A stretch of 64,000 nt of DNA, taken from positions 89,590,001-89,654,000 of the forward strand of contig NW_025963779.1 in NCBI RefSeq assembly GCF_023055435.1, read 5' to 3'. A program made the position numbers and the translations under genes. The stretch's first letter is position 1, and each line of letters starts with the position of its first letter. Under the pieces are notes generated by a model that searched no databases, was not told where the DNA came from, and was given only the letters and a program-made list of their open reading frames with translations. Source of the DNA: Haliotis rufescens (Eukaryota). Below are positions 51,995 through 63,192 of the stretch, one piece after another.

Positions 51995-52999
51995 TATGAG
52001 AAATATTTCTGCCCTCTATCATGAAGGTCAAGCTTATGACATCTGTTTCAAATCTGTTTGTAACCATTATAACTTAAATGATATGATTTTCTCATGTATG
52101 TGGTATATATTTTTAATATGTTTGTTATCTGAAGGCATGCTTCGAATTCCCGACCTTCTGCTCTGCCACTTGACCACGGATGCGGTATCGAAGGCAATGT
52201 ATTCACCGATGCGATTTGTCATTTCTTTGCTTATATGCTAGAACGTATTGTCAGAGAAAATCATCTGATACGATGCAAACAATGGCATTGTTACATATCA
52301 ATATTTCTGTAATCATGTAGAACTGTTTCTTTTGTTCTTGATGTTTCAGATTGAATGTTTCAGTTATTCTTAATAAAAAATAATAATATGATTATGGCAA
52401 TGGATTTGTGGCTTTTATGTACACGTATTGGTGGCATATGATTGTCTGAAGGTAAATGTCAGTACGTAGCAAATACACATATCATCAAGGATAATGTTTG
52501 GAAAAACACTGGGTAAAGTTTTAGAACTTATCTGTTCATAATAAACGCTACCCCAAAACAATTTCGATCATCATACATAAAACGACGAAACAGTCTATTG
52601 TACGATTCCGACTATATCATAAGCGTGTGTTAAGGAATCACTATCAAATAGTACTGTTACCAGGTGTTCGTGACAAGGTGAGCGTATCCTGCCACATCGG
52701 TGTCACCTGCCATAAACACATGCAATGGCAAGTCAATTGTCCACCTGAGGAAACACGGAAACATGTACAAGTAAAAACTGAGAAAAGTGCAAAAGGCCTT
52801 GACAACGGTGACAACGCCCTGAGAGCAAATGCATAGGTTTGTAGTAGGATAGTGGTATTCCTTCCTCGGCCGACGTTACCTCGATCAGTCAGGAATTATA
52901 TTCTCTTGGCTGGACCCTGACTCAGCACCTATTGTCAATATAATTCACACAAGGTCCATATTTGCCGTATTGCTCCTCCGAAGACCATCACAGATCCCA

Positions 53000-53590
53000 A
53001 GGGATCGGGTGGTCAAGCTCGTTGACTTGTTGATGTATGTTGCCGCATCCCAATTGCGTAGACCGATGCTCATGATATCAGTCACTGGATTGTCTCATTT
53101 ATTCACATAACGGCGTCATATAACTGAGAATATCGCTGAGTGCGGCGTCAAAACAACAAACAAAACAACACAAACAATAACACACACCCGGCTGTTGATT
53201 CATTGTAAACCTTGGTCCTGGGTTGAGTCCACTCTTCACGAAACGCATATGGCATTGAAGACTTGTCCCGGAACCCTCAGCTAGGTGCACGAGAACAGAC
53301 TGCTTGGTACTGGTAGAAGAGTAGTGCACCGATAATGTAGATACAATCGACTGTTAGAATATTGTTTCTTTTTTGGTTGTTGTTTAACGCCGCACTCAGC
53401 AATATTCCAGCTTTATGACGGCGGTCTGTACATAATCGAGTCTGGACCGGACAATCAAGTGATAGACATAATGAGCATCGATATAGAACGCAATTCGGAT
53501 ACGATGACATGCATCAACCAAGTCAGCGATCCTGACCACACGACCCCGTCAGTCGCCTCTTACGACAAGCATAGTCGCCTTTACGGAAAG
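53000..53590. mobile_element. Two family C copies in tail-to-tail inverted orientation
   Basis: 53000-53170 (+) and 53375-53590 (-). Confidence 0.78.
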
Positions 53591-53976
53591 CATAACAAAG
53601 TTTAGAGTGTAGTACACGTGTACAAGAAAAGACCTCAATTGACCTATAGTGATATTTTTAAATTACTTAAATCTATAAAAAACAACAATGTTCGTGACCC
53701 TATAAAATATTTATTTTTGTACAACGTACAAAACGAGATATTATTATTGTGCATTGTAAGATGTAAACAATTGTACAATTATATATAATGATGGTTACTT
53801 GAGAAATAAAAAAAACAGATGTGTACCAACATGTCAAAATGACTTCATTAACAGTTTGGCGTTCTAATGACCTGTGAATGTTAATCGGTGATATGAATGA
53901 GTTGTGTTTGTTACACAGGGTACCCAGCCGTATATACACAGTTAATGAAATAATGTCTTGGAGTCCGTAGATAACC

Positions 53977-54618
53977 TCAGCACAGACTTTCGTGGTTTGC
54001 CACCGCACTGGACGGAACGTGGACAGAGGGAGGTTGCGACCGCACAGCATAATGCAAGGGAGATAACCCCTTATTGTCCTTGAGATTGACATCAGCGCTG
54101 TTAGACATGAGTATTTTACAGACGCCTCCATTACCTGCTTCAGCTGCGTAATGCAGAGGTGTTGAGCTGTCGCCTTCAGCTGCGTTGACACACGCCCCGA
54201 ACGCCAACAGCTTCCTCGTCAACTCCACTTGTCCCGTTATTGCTGCCCAGTGTAACGGCGTCCGTCCCGTTTCGTCACGGCTTTCAACATTTACCCCATA
54301 GTCTGTCAAAAGCTTCGTTGCTAGGTTACCATGACCCGACGAGACCGCGAGGTGTATTGGTTTCCTTTGCCACACCCCGTCCAACAGATCAGGAGTGAGG
54401 GGGTCGAATCCTTGGCTCACCAGAAGATCAAATATTTCTTCGTCCCCACCCACAGCAGCAAGAGAAACGGGGTTACGCACGTTTGTAAACAACTGAAGTT
54501 TCGTCCTGTCCCGATGGTTCCCGGGTTCGAACCACTGTTTGATAGCTCCCACATCTCGGTCTTCTATACAATGGTTGAGGTAGATCCAGTCTTCCTCTTC
54601 TCTCTGCGATGCATTCAT
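53977..54618 (-). CDS. Single-exon ankyrin-repeat protein (213 aa, ~4-5 ANK repeats)
   Basis: Repeats KPIHLAV, GRTPLHWAA, STPLHYAA, GLSPLHYAV with GA-VN/ADVN linkers; in-frame upstream stop fixes the ATG. Confidence 0.85.
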   Translation of the reverse strand: MNASQREEEDWIYLNHCIEDRDVGAIKQWFEPGNHRDRTKLQLFTNVRNPVSLAAVGGDEEIFDLLVSQGFDPLTPDLLDGVWQRKPIHLAVSSGHGNLATKLLTDYGVNVESRDETGRTPLHWAAITGQVELTRKLLAFGACVNAAEGDSSTPLHYAAEAGNGGVCKILMSNSADVNLKDNKGLSPLHYAVRSQPPSVHVPSSAVANHESLC

Positions 54619-55579
54619 CTTGACCGAGTATTATGCCAATGTTGTTTTTCACTAAACACTACGAGGCACGCCTCTTCGCTTGCAAGGTTGAGATCAATAC
54701 GTGGAGTCTTGGCACACAGCCACACAATTCCCAAGCTCGCTTTCGATGATACATCCACGACGAATTGAAAAGATTGATAAAAGCCACGCATCAAAGGAAT
54801 GTTAGTTCAGTTCATACACTGACAACTACATATTACTGTTTGCATTGCACAAGAGAGTCAATAAAGCATGTCGTCAGGAATCACAACACGTAAACATCCA
54901 GTAGGACCCGCTCGCTTTTGATTGTTCGGGCGCTTGTCTTCAATTTTAAACTACCTACAAGCCATTAAAAGGCACGAGAGAAGTCATTTCAGTGAAGTTG
55001 AACAGTGATATGTCTGTGTCCGTTATGCGATCCTGACAAGCACGTTGATAATTTGGTGGGTCACGCTACAGGGTACAGTCTCACCCACGCCAGATGTCCT
55101 GAAAGATTACCTGTGCCCAATGTCGCTCCGCAGTGTAGATAGCGTCCGTCTGACTGTGTACACTTGGGATGGCAATACACGCATTTCGTGGGAAACAGCT
55201 CTTTTTTGTTTGTTGTTAGATTTGGTTGGTGTATGCAGGCAGAAACGATGCATGACACGTTGCTACGTTGACACATCCGGGTCAGTGAATTTTTATGAGA
55301 ACGTCGGTGAATGAGGAAGAGTGGAATATTATAGTTTGATAAATCTGATATATTTGCATAAGCTGGTGTACAATAACAGAATGAGGTCATTGAGTTTGCC
55401 ATTATGAATTAAAGAATTTTATACCATTCAGGCTGGAATTTGTGTACAGGTGAAAGGTGATTGTGATAAATGATAGATAACAATTAAATTAGGTAGAATT
55501 TAAACCGGGTGTGTGTAGTTTTAGGAGTCTACCTGTTCAACTTTAGGGAATATTGTATGTACTCTCTGACGACACGGAA

Positions 55580-55617
<38 letters not shown>

Positions 55618-55659
55618 ATGCATTCCAGATGAATTTAATTTCATTTGCTATATATTTTT

Positions 55660-55932
55660 ACCCGTGAAGATTCGGGTTAGAATATCTCTTCAGCAACCCA
55701 TGCTTGCCGTACAAAGTGACTATGCTTGTCGTAAGAGGCGACTAACGGGATCAGGTGGTCAGACTCGCTGACTCGGTTGATGCATGCCATCGTTTCCCAA
55801 TTGCCAAGATCGATGCTCATGATGTAAATCACTGGATTATCTGGTCCAGACTCGAGTATTTACAGACCGCCGTCATATAGCTGGAATATTGCTGAGTGCG
55901 GCGTTAAACAGCAAACAAAAAAAAACAAACAA
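55660..55932 (+). mobile_element. Dispersed SINE-like family C (cccgtgaaga...gtcgtaagaggcgactaa...(aaac)n)
   Basis: Related copies at ~9930-10140, 13845-14070, 19822-20062, 22440-22667, 34720-34810, 39020-39310, 53000-53170 and 53375-53590. Confidence 0.82.
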
Positions 55933-55993
55933 ATGCTATATTTCTTTATGAAGATGTCACCAGTTCCAGTATGTATGTCAAGGAATGTATATA

Positions 55994-56530
55994 TACTGAA
56001 AAACAAAAGTTCCTGTGACATTGAATAAGATTTAATGCAAAGTTATGTTTTTTACCAAATCTGAAACAATTTCGGTTTGCAACATATAAAAGCCTCTCCG
56101 GGGATGGTCTCTGACTGCATTCGTCTGTTGCCAACGTTGCCATAAACACCAAATGGTGTTTCTGTGGACGTTAAATTGTCTTGCAACACCACGTCGACTC
56201 GATCCTGCTTCAAGCATACCAATGGCTCGCAGGCGCTCATTTTCGGACAGGCGTGGCATTTCGTAAAGTTGAATAATTGCGTAATTTTGTTGTATTTCTG
56301 AGTGGTTGTTGTCATGCATATGGAATCCCGTTAACGCACATGTTTTTATACCCGTTCTTGGGTATCGAAATGCATAAAAGTCAACTTTTGCATGGAATGC
56401 ATGCTTTTCTGTAGCAGTTGCGTTTTTGTGACTTGATTCCTTACATGTACTCCAATATTGAAAACCAAACTTTACATGTTTGAAAAATACACTAAAATAT
56501 TCGTGTCACAGGAACTTTTGTTGTTGAGTA
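55994..56530 (-). mobile_element. Tc1/mariner internal-deletion derivative
   Basis: ~27-bp TIRs (tactgaaaaacaaaagttcctgtgaca / tgtcacaggaacttttgttgttgagta), TA flanks, truncated transposase HTH MPRLSENERLRAIGMLEAG...RDHPRRG starting at 56259. Confidence 0.88.
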
Positions 56531-56924
56531 TACTTTAAAGAAGCTATATCTCAATCACGGCCTCCACGTGACGTGCAGCTGCCCCGTGAGTCACCACGCA
56601 CCTCGTCTGCCTTATTCAAAGTTAAAACGCCTATCATTATTCGCCCGCAAGGAATGGATATTTTTTTATCTCATTTTTATGCAAAGTGAGAGTACATTGA
56701 GTAACATCGCCTCCTCTTTGATGAAACTAAACAATTCTATATCACTACTTTCTCATACCCAGATGGGTTACATACTACTATCTTATACATATGCTTCCTG
56801 TGAGCTGCAGTATATTATGTGTATCTATGCGCATGCGTGTGTATATGTGTATACAAGTGTGTGTGTTTGTGAGTGTGCGCGCGTGTGTGTGATTGTTTGC
56901 TAGTGTGTGTGTGTGCATGTGTGT

Positions 56925-58135
56925 TTGTACGACGTGTGTGGGTTTCAACACAGTACGACGTGTGTGGGTTCCACCACAGTACGACTTGTGTGGGTTTCAC
57001 CACAGTACGAAGTGTGTGGGTTCCACCACAGTACGACTTGTGTGGGTTGATTCACAGTATGATGTGGGTGGGTTGCACAACAGTATGACGTGTGTGGGTT
57101 TCACCACAGTATGACGTGTGTGGATTTCGACACAGTTTGACGTGTCTGGGTTTCACCAGAGTATAACGTGTGTGGGTTGCACCATTGTATGACGTATGAG
57201 GATTTCACCACAGTATGACGTGTGTGGATTTCACCATAGTATGACGTGTGTGGTTTTCACCAGAGTATTACGTGTGTGGGTTCCAACACAGTATGACGTG
57301 TGTGGGTTTTACCAGAGTATGACGTGTGTGGGTTTCACCAGAGTATGACGTGTGTGGGTTTCACCAGAGTATGACGTGTGTGGTTTTCACCAGAGTATTA
57401 CGTGTGTGGGTTCCAACACAGTATGACGTGTGTGGGTTTTACCAGGGTATGACGTGTGTGGGTTTCACCAGAGTATGACGTGTGTGGTTTTCACCAGAGT
57501 ATTACGTGTGTGGGTTTCAACACAGTATGACGTGTGTGGATTTCACCACAGTATGACGTGTGTGGATTTCACCCAACAGTGTGACATGTGTGGATTTCAC
57601 CACAGTATGACGTGTGTTGGTTTCACCACAGTTTGACGTGTGTGGGTTTAACCAGAGTATGACGTGTGTGGGCTTCACCAGAGTATGACGTGTGTGGGTT
57701 TCACCACAGTATGACGTGTGTGGGTTTCACCACAGTATGACGTGTGTGGGTTTCAAAACAGTATGACGTATGTTGATTTCACCAGAGTATGACGTGTGTG
57801 GGTTTCATCACAGTATGACGTGTGTGGATTTCACCACAGTATGACGTGTGTGGATTTCACCAGAGTATGACGTGTGTGGATTTCAACACATTATGACGTG
57901 TGTGGGTTTCACCATTGTATGACGTATGTGGATTTCACCATAGTATGACGTGTGTGGATTTCACAACAGTATGACGTGTGTGGGTTTCACCACAGTATGA
58001 CGTGTGTGGATTTCACCACAGTATGACGTGTGTGGGTTTCATCACAGTTTGATGTGTGTGGATTTCACCACAGTACGACGTGTGTTGGTTTCACTACAAT
58101 ACGACGAGTTAGGGTTTCACCAGAGTATGACCTGT
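56925..58135. repeat. 26-bp satellite preceded by a (TG)n-rich tract
   Basis: Unit cagtatgacgtgtgtgggtttcacca, ~45 copies. Confidence 0.94.
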
Positions 58136-59234
58136 GTCACGGTGAGGTTTTCCCTCCCGCGTGAAGCAGCAGATACTCTCAAATAGGCGTTGAACCAAAC
58201 TTACTAACTTACAGCAGCATGGCATGATGCAGCAAAGTTGGAATATGCAATATCTTGCCATTTCCATGTCTGATTAAACTAGTGTACTCCCAATACAATC
58301 CATGGGGCCACTTGCACAGTCCGATCTCAGCATATGATAAATCTGTGTGAACGTGGCGGTACGGTCTACGTGGCGCTGCTGTACTTTGTGCAAGTGGGCT
58401 CAGAGACCGGCTGACTTGTTGGAGATTTAACGAGCGCTTCTACTTATTTAAGCACTCGGGACAAGACAAGTTTTTCATAATTTGTCCAAAGGTGGTAAAG
58501 AATTTATTATGGGTTAAATACGGTAAGAGTTTGCCTGCCGCAGCCAGGTACATTGCACGTGAATGTGGTGTCACGAAGTCACGTGAAGAAGGAGACGTGT
58601 AGTGTTCACTGACAGTGTTGAACCGTTCGAGGTCTTCGCATTACACAGTCGAGCATATTTTACATCTTGCAAAATATTGCCTCAAGAATTTGAGGTTGCG
58701 AAGTATTGGAGTGTTTAGCCGTTGGGCAAAGTTGAGCCGTTGGGCAAAGTTGAGCCGTTGGGCAAAGTTGGGGCAAAGTTGAGCCGTTGGGCAAAGTTGA
58801 GCCGTTGGGCAAAGTTGAGCCGCTGGGCAAAATTGAGCCGTAGGGCAGATCCTTGTATTTGAGTGGTACGATGTGTTTGGTATGGTATGTAAGGTATGTG
58901 GGAAGTTGCTGGTCAAGTTACAGTTGGGATCCAAAACTGAGCCAAGGAAAACGGAAGAAACAGCAGTCACAGATGAAGATTAATTTAAGATAAGTATATC
59001 ATGGTTATAATTTCAAACTCTCTGAATAACAACTGCGAAACTTGTTATATCACGTTTGCTTTGGTCACAGTTTTAGTTGGGAATTGTATATTTCAGGTAA
59101 CTGAAAACGGAGGCGGTTTTGACAGATTCCTGGATTCGACTTGAAACACTTTTTACGAGTTTGTTCACTGACAGTGTTGAACCATTCGAGGTCTTCGCAT
59201 TACACAGGCGAGCATATTTTCAATTTGCTATCAA

Positions 59235-59996
59235 ATGGAGGAAGCTGCCGAGGAAATTCAGTCTGACAGACCAAGGGATTCCGTTGAAGGTTATGAAACT
59301 TTTCAATTGTTCAAAGAATATATGGATTGCAAACTAAAAACATTCAAACGTGATATAATTGAAGAGTCAGAACAAAGATCGCTTTTTGCCTTAAAAAGAG
59401 CTCGCAAAGATTCTGAAATACCATTTTTCAAATTTAAAGGAAACCAGTTGCAGTATAAATTCAATTGCGGTCTTTTGGAGAAAATAGATTCAGCCTTCAG
59501 ATATATCAAACATAATAAGTATTCTGAATGTTCAAATTCCCTTGAAAGTCTTGCTTCAGAGATACTCAAGCGAAACAAACATATCAGGTTAGCCGACAGA
59601 TCCCTGTCCGGTTGGGCCGTAGTTGTGGAATTGGAGGGAGACGACATTGCTTCTGGTTCAGATGAAGAACGTCGATTCAAGAAGGCAGAGAGTAAAGCAC
59701 TCCGTAAGCGTCGAGCAGCCCCTTACAGGCCTCGTGACAAAGGTTTTCACAATGCTCCTTCTGCTACTTTCCCTAACTCTAATAACGACATGCCTTCTCA
59801 GGTCCCTCCCTCCCTGCAAACCCAGGCCTTCGTCCCCATTTCAAACGTACAGCAACACCAAACCAACAGTGTTTTTTTCTGTGGCGGATTCGGGCATTGG
59901 CGTGCCTCCTGTCCCCTTGCTGCTGCTCAACGCTCAGCCCAGACAGCCAGTCACACACAAGGGGTGCAGACATCAGCAGATCCAAGTAAGAAGTAG
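59235..59996 (+). CDS. DIRS/PAT gag-like ORF with degenerate CCHC zinc knuckle
   Basis: FKFKGN--QY-FN and KRNK-IRLADRS--GW--V-E motifs; FFCGGFGHWRASC knuckle. Confidence 0.75.
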   Translation: MEEAAEEIQSDRPRDSVEGYETFQLFKEYMDCKLKTFKRDIIEESEQRSLFALKRARKDSEIPFFKFKGNQLQYKFNCGLLEKIDSAFRYIKHNKYSECSNSLESLASEILKRNKHIRLADRSLSGWAVVVELEGDDIASGSDEERRFKKAESKALRKRRAAPYRPRDKGFHNAPSATFPNSNNDMPSQVPPSLQTQAFVPISNVQQHQTNSVFFCGGFGHWRASCPLAAAQRSAQTASHTQGVQTSADPSKK

Positions 59997-60121
59997 ACAA
60001 GAACTAATTTCAGGTAACGAAACATTTGCATCTTTGGGGTTCCAATCATATTATGGGAGATTATTGGAGATTAGTCTAAAATCTTTTTCCAGAGCTTGTA
60101 AACAAGCCTGCAGATCCGGAC

Positions 60122-62172
60122 ATGGTTATATACGGCGACAAGGTACCTTTTGCAATGTCTGGTCGGGACACTTCTCTCAGGACAGATGCTGAATGTCCAG
60201 TCAAGTACAGTTTTGGAAACTCAAGCACAGGCGATTCTGATGTCTCAAATCTCGGAGGTACAGATCAAGACTCTGAACCTTCAGACATATTTATGATTGA
60301 TCAATATGAACTCGAATCATGATCTTCTGCAATCGTAAAGGGTAGTTTAAGGAAGTGTATTACATTTTGGAAGAACATTGATGCACCAGAATATATTATC
60401 AAAACAATCCAGGAAGGTTACCTTATTCCTTTAGTTGATAGCCCACCCCGTACACACAGTAAGAATAATAGTTCTGCTATGGAAAATTGAGAGTTCGTTT
60501 CAGAGTCTATTCAGGAACTGTTGAAAAACGAATGTATAGTTGAAGTGAATACTACACCTCATATTATTAATCCTCTTTCAGTGTCTGTTCAGCGTTCAGG
60601 GAAAAAGAGGTTGATTTTAGATCTGAGATTGGTGAATCCGTTTTGAAGGCTATAAAGTCGCACTAGACTTTTTAGAAAATTCTGGTTATATGTTCAAGTT
60701 TGATTTAAAGTCAGGTTATCATCATATTGACATTCACCCTACTCAACATACTTTTCTTGGTTTTGCTTGGAAATGCCAAGGTGTTGTGAAGTATTACTGT
60801 TTCACAGTTCTTCCCTTTGGTCTCTCGTCAGCTCCTTACATCTTCACGAAGTGTGTTCGCCCATTGGTCAAGTACTGGAGAAAGCATTCCATTAACATCG
60901 TAGTTTACCTGGACGATGGTTTTGGTTATTCAGTGTCAAAGGCCGTATGTACAAAACACTCATTTATGGTTAAGAATACTTTAACCAGAGCCGGTTTCGT
61001 TAACAATGTAGAAAAGTCTATATGGAATCCTCAAACTAGACTAGAGTGGCTTGGCTTTATCTGGGATCTAGACTCGGGTATCCTCTCTGTTCCGTCTATA
61101 AAATTGGAAGATGTTAGGTCTAGATTCGCAGGGTTCCTTGCGTGTCTTCCGCGTTTTAAGGCACGAAGCTTGGCTAGTTTGACAGGGAAGGTCATATCTC
61201 TATCTGCAGGCTATTGACTAGACAGATGCACACAGAAATTCAGAGGTCAGTATCCTGGGACAGAATGATTAGGTTAGATAATCCTGAGTGCGTCTATGAA
61301 CTTATGTTTTGAAGGGACAATGTTTCCCTTCTGAACTGTCGGAATCTGCGTAAAGATTATGGTCCATTGATTTCAGTATTTTCAGACGCCAGTGATTCGG
61401 GCTGTGCCGGCTATATACAACATACTGATTACATTTTTCAATACAGTTGGGATTTGGATCAAGCTAAGCGCAGTTCAACATGGAGAGAGATGAAAGCTGT
61501 GGAATTAACTTTGATTGCATTTTCAAACATACTGCGTAATAAGACCATAAAATGGTTTACAGATAGCAAGCCTTGTTGTCATATCGCAACATGTGGTAGT
61601 TTTAAAACGCATTTACAGAAACTGGCTATGTCATTTTCGTTACAGCTAGTATGTACAACATTTCATTGAAGTTCAGTTGGATCCCAAGGTCAGAAAATGA
61701 GAAAGCTGATGCTTTAAGCAGATTTGAAGATTCAGATGATTGGAGAGTTAAAAATACAATTTTCAGGATTTTGGATGCACGATGGGGGCCACATTCGGTA
61801 GACAGATTCGCAAATCACATTAATACCAAGTTGGTAAGATTTAATTCCAGATCTTGGGTTCCCGGTGCCGAGGCAGTCGATGCGTTTACACAACAGTGGG
61901 GAAGAGACAACAACTGGGCTGTACCACCTTTACATCTGGTTTCAAAAACAATCAAATTCGTTCTGAGTAACAAGGCTCCTACAACTATGGTTGTACCTAT
62001 GTGGCCCTCTGCGTCATTTTGGCCTGTCTTGTTTGATGGTTATAAACCCAGATCTTTTGTTGCAGATATGGTACAACTTCGAGGCAGTACTGCTGTTGAA
62101 GGTGGAAGCAAAGCTTCTATGTTTGATTCATTTAAAGGATACATTCTGGCCATTAGAATTAATTCAAGTTGA
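60122..62172 (+). pseudogene. DIRS pol: reverse transcriptase, RNase H and methyltransferase-like domain (stops and frameshifts)
   Basis: FDLKSGYHH, LPFGLSSAP, YLDD (RT); SDAS, STWRE, TDS, WIPRSENEKADALSR (RH); WGPHSVDRFA, DAF---W, WAVPP (MT). Confidence 0.9.
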
Positions 62173-62188
62173 TGTTAATATTGCAGAT

Positions 62189-63192
62189 ATGTTTGGTCTG
62201 GGCATCTGGAAAGAGAAAGATTCCTTGGTTCATAAGGATTTGATAAGTTTAGCAGCACAAATGCCAGAAATAGTGTCAAAATCAAAAGCTCCAGCTACTG
62301 TCGACAAGTACAAGAGTGATTATAATCTATGGATAAAATGGAGTTTACATTTTGCAGAGGTACCTTGTTTACCAGCAAAATCTTTTCATGTTGGTTTATA
62401 TCTCACGTCTCTTCTCCAAGGTGGTAAGAAATCACATTCTGTTGTTGCAGCAATCTATGGTATAAGTTGGGCACATCAAGTAGCATGTAAACAAGATCCA
62501 TGTCAGTCTGATCTCATAAAAATATCCGAGAAGCAGCCCTGAGAAACTATAGTAATCCCGTCCAGAAGAAAGCCAATTGATACGCATATGCTGAAGAAAC
62601 TTGTCTGTGTTTTTGGAAAGGAAGGTTGTTCCCTGTTAGATTTAAGATTTCTGACTATGTCCATTCTCTCGTATGCATGTTTTTTCAGATTTTCTGAAGT
62701 TGTGCATATAAACGTTCAGATCTATGTTTTCATAATGGATATGTTCGTATTTTCATTAAAAAGGAAGACTGACGTATATAGAGAGGTAGATTCGTGTTGA
62801 TTTCGGCCTCCGGGTCCGAACTTTGTCCAGTGAACATTTTGGGTCGATATTTGACATCTGCAAATATTAAGCAAGATTCTGAGGAGTATATATTTCGTCA
62901 AATTAGTTGTTGCAAAAAGTTAGGCAGTTATAAACTAAAAGGAGAAAAGCCTCTGTCATATACTCGAGCGAGAGAAATATTTCTTGAAAAGTTTAAATGT
63001 ATTGGTGAGGACGTTGCAAAAATAGGATTACACAGTTTTCGTTCGGGAGGAGCAACAGCCGCCGCCAACGCTGGGGTACTCGACAGGCTGTTCAAGAGAC
63101 ACGGCCGCTGGGCCTCTGACAAAGCAAAAGACGGTTATGTCAAAGAGAATTTAACAGAATTATTAAAGGTGTCGTCTTTGTTGGGATTGTAA
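62189..63192 (+). pseudogene. Tyrosine recombinase of the DIRS element (frameshifted)
   Basis: N-terminal SKAPATVDKY...W--W; FRFSE; KTD; HSFRSGGATAA; HGRW-S; DGY catalytic motifs spread over three frames. Confidence 0.9.

Noticed and set aside
61740-63192. Phage integrase plus Dam methylase suggesting prophage or HGT
   Set aside because: These are the standard YR and MT domains of DIRS-order retrotransposons, enclosed by split direct repeats.
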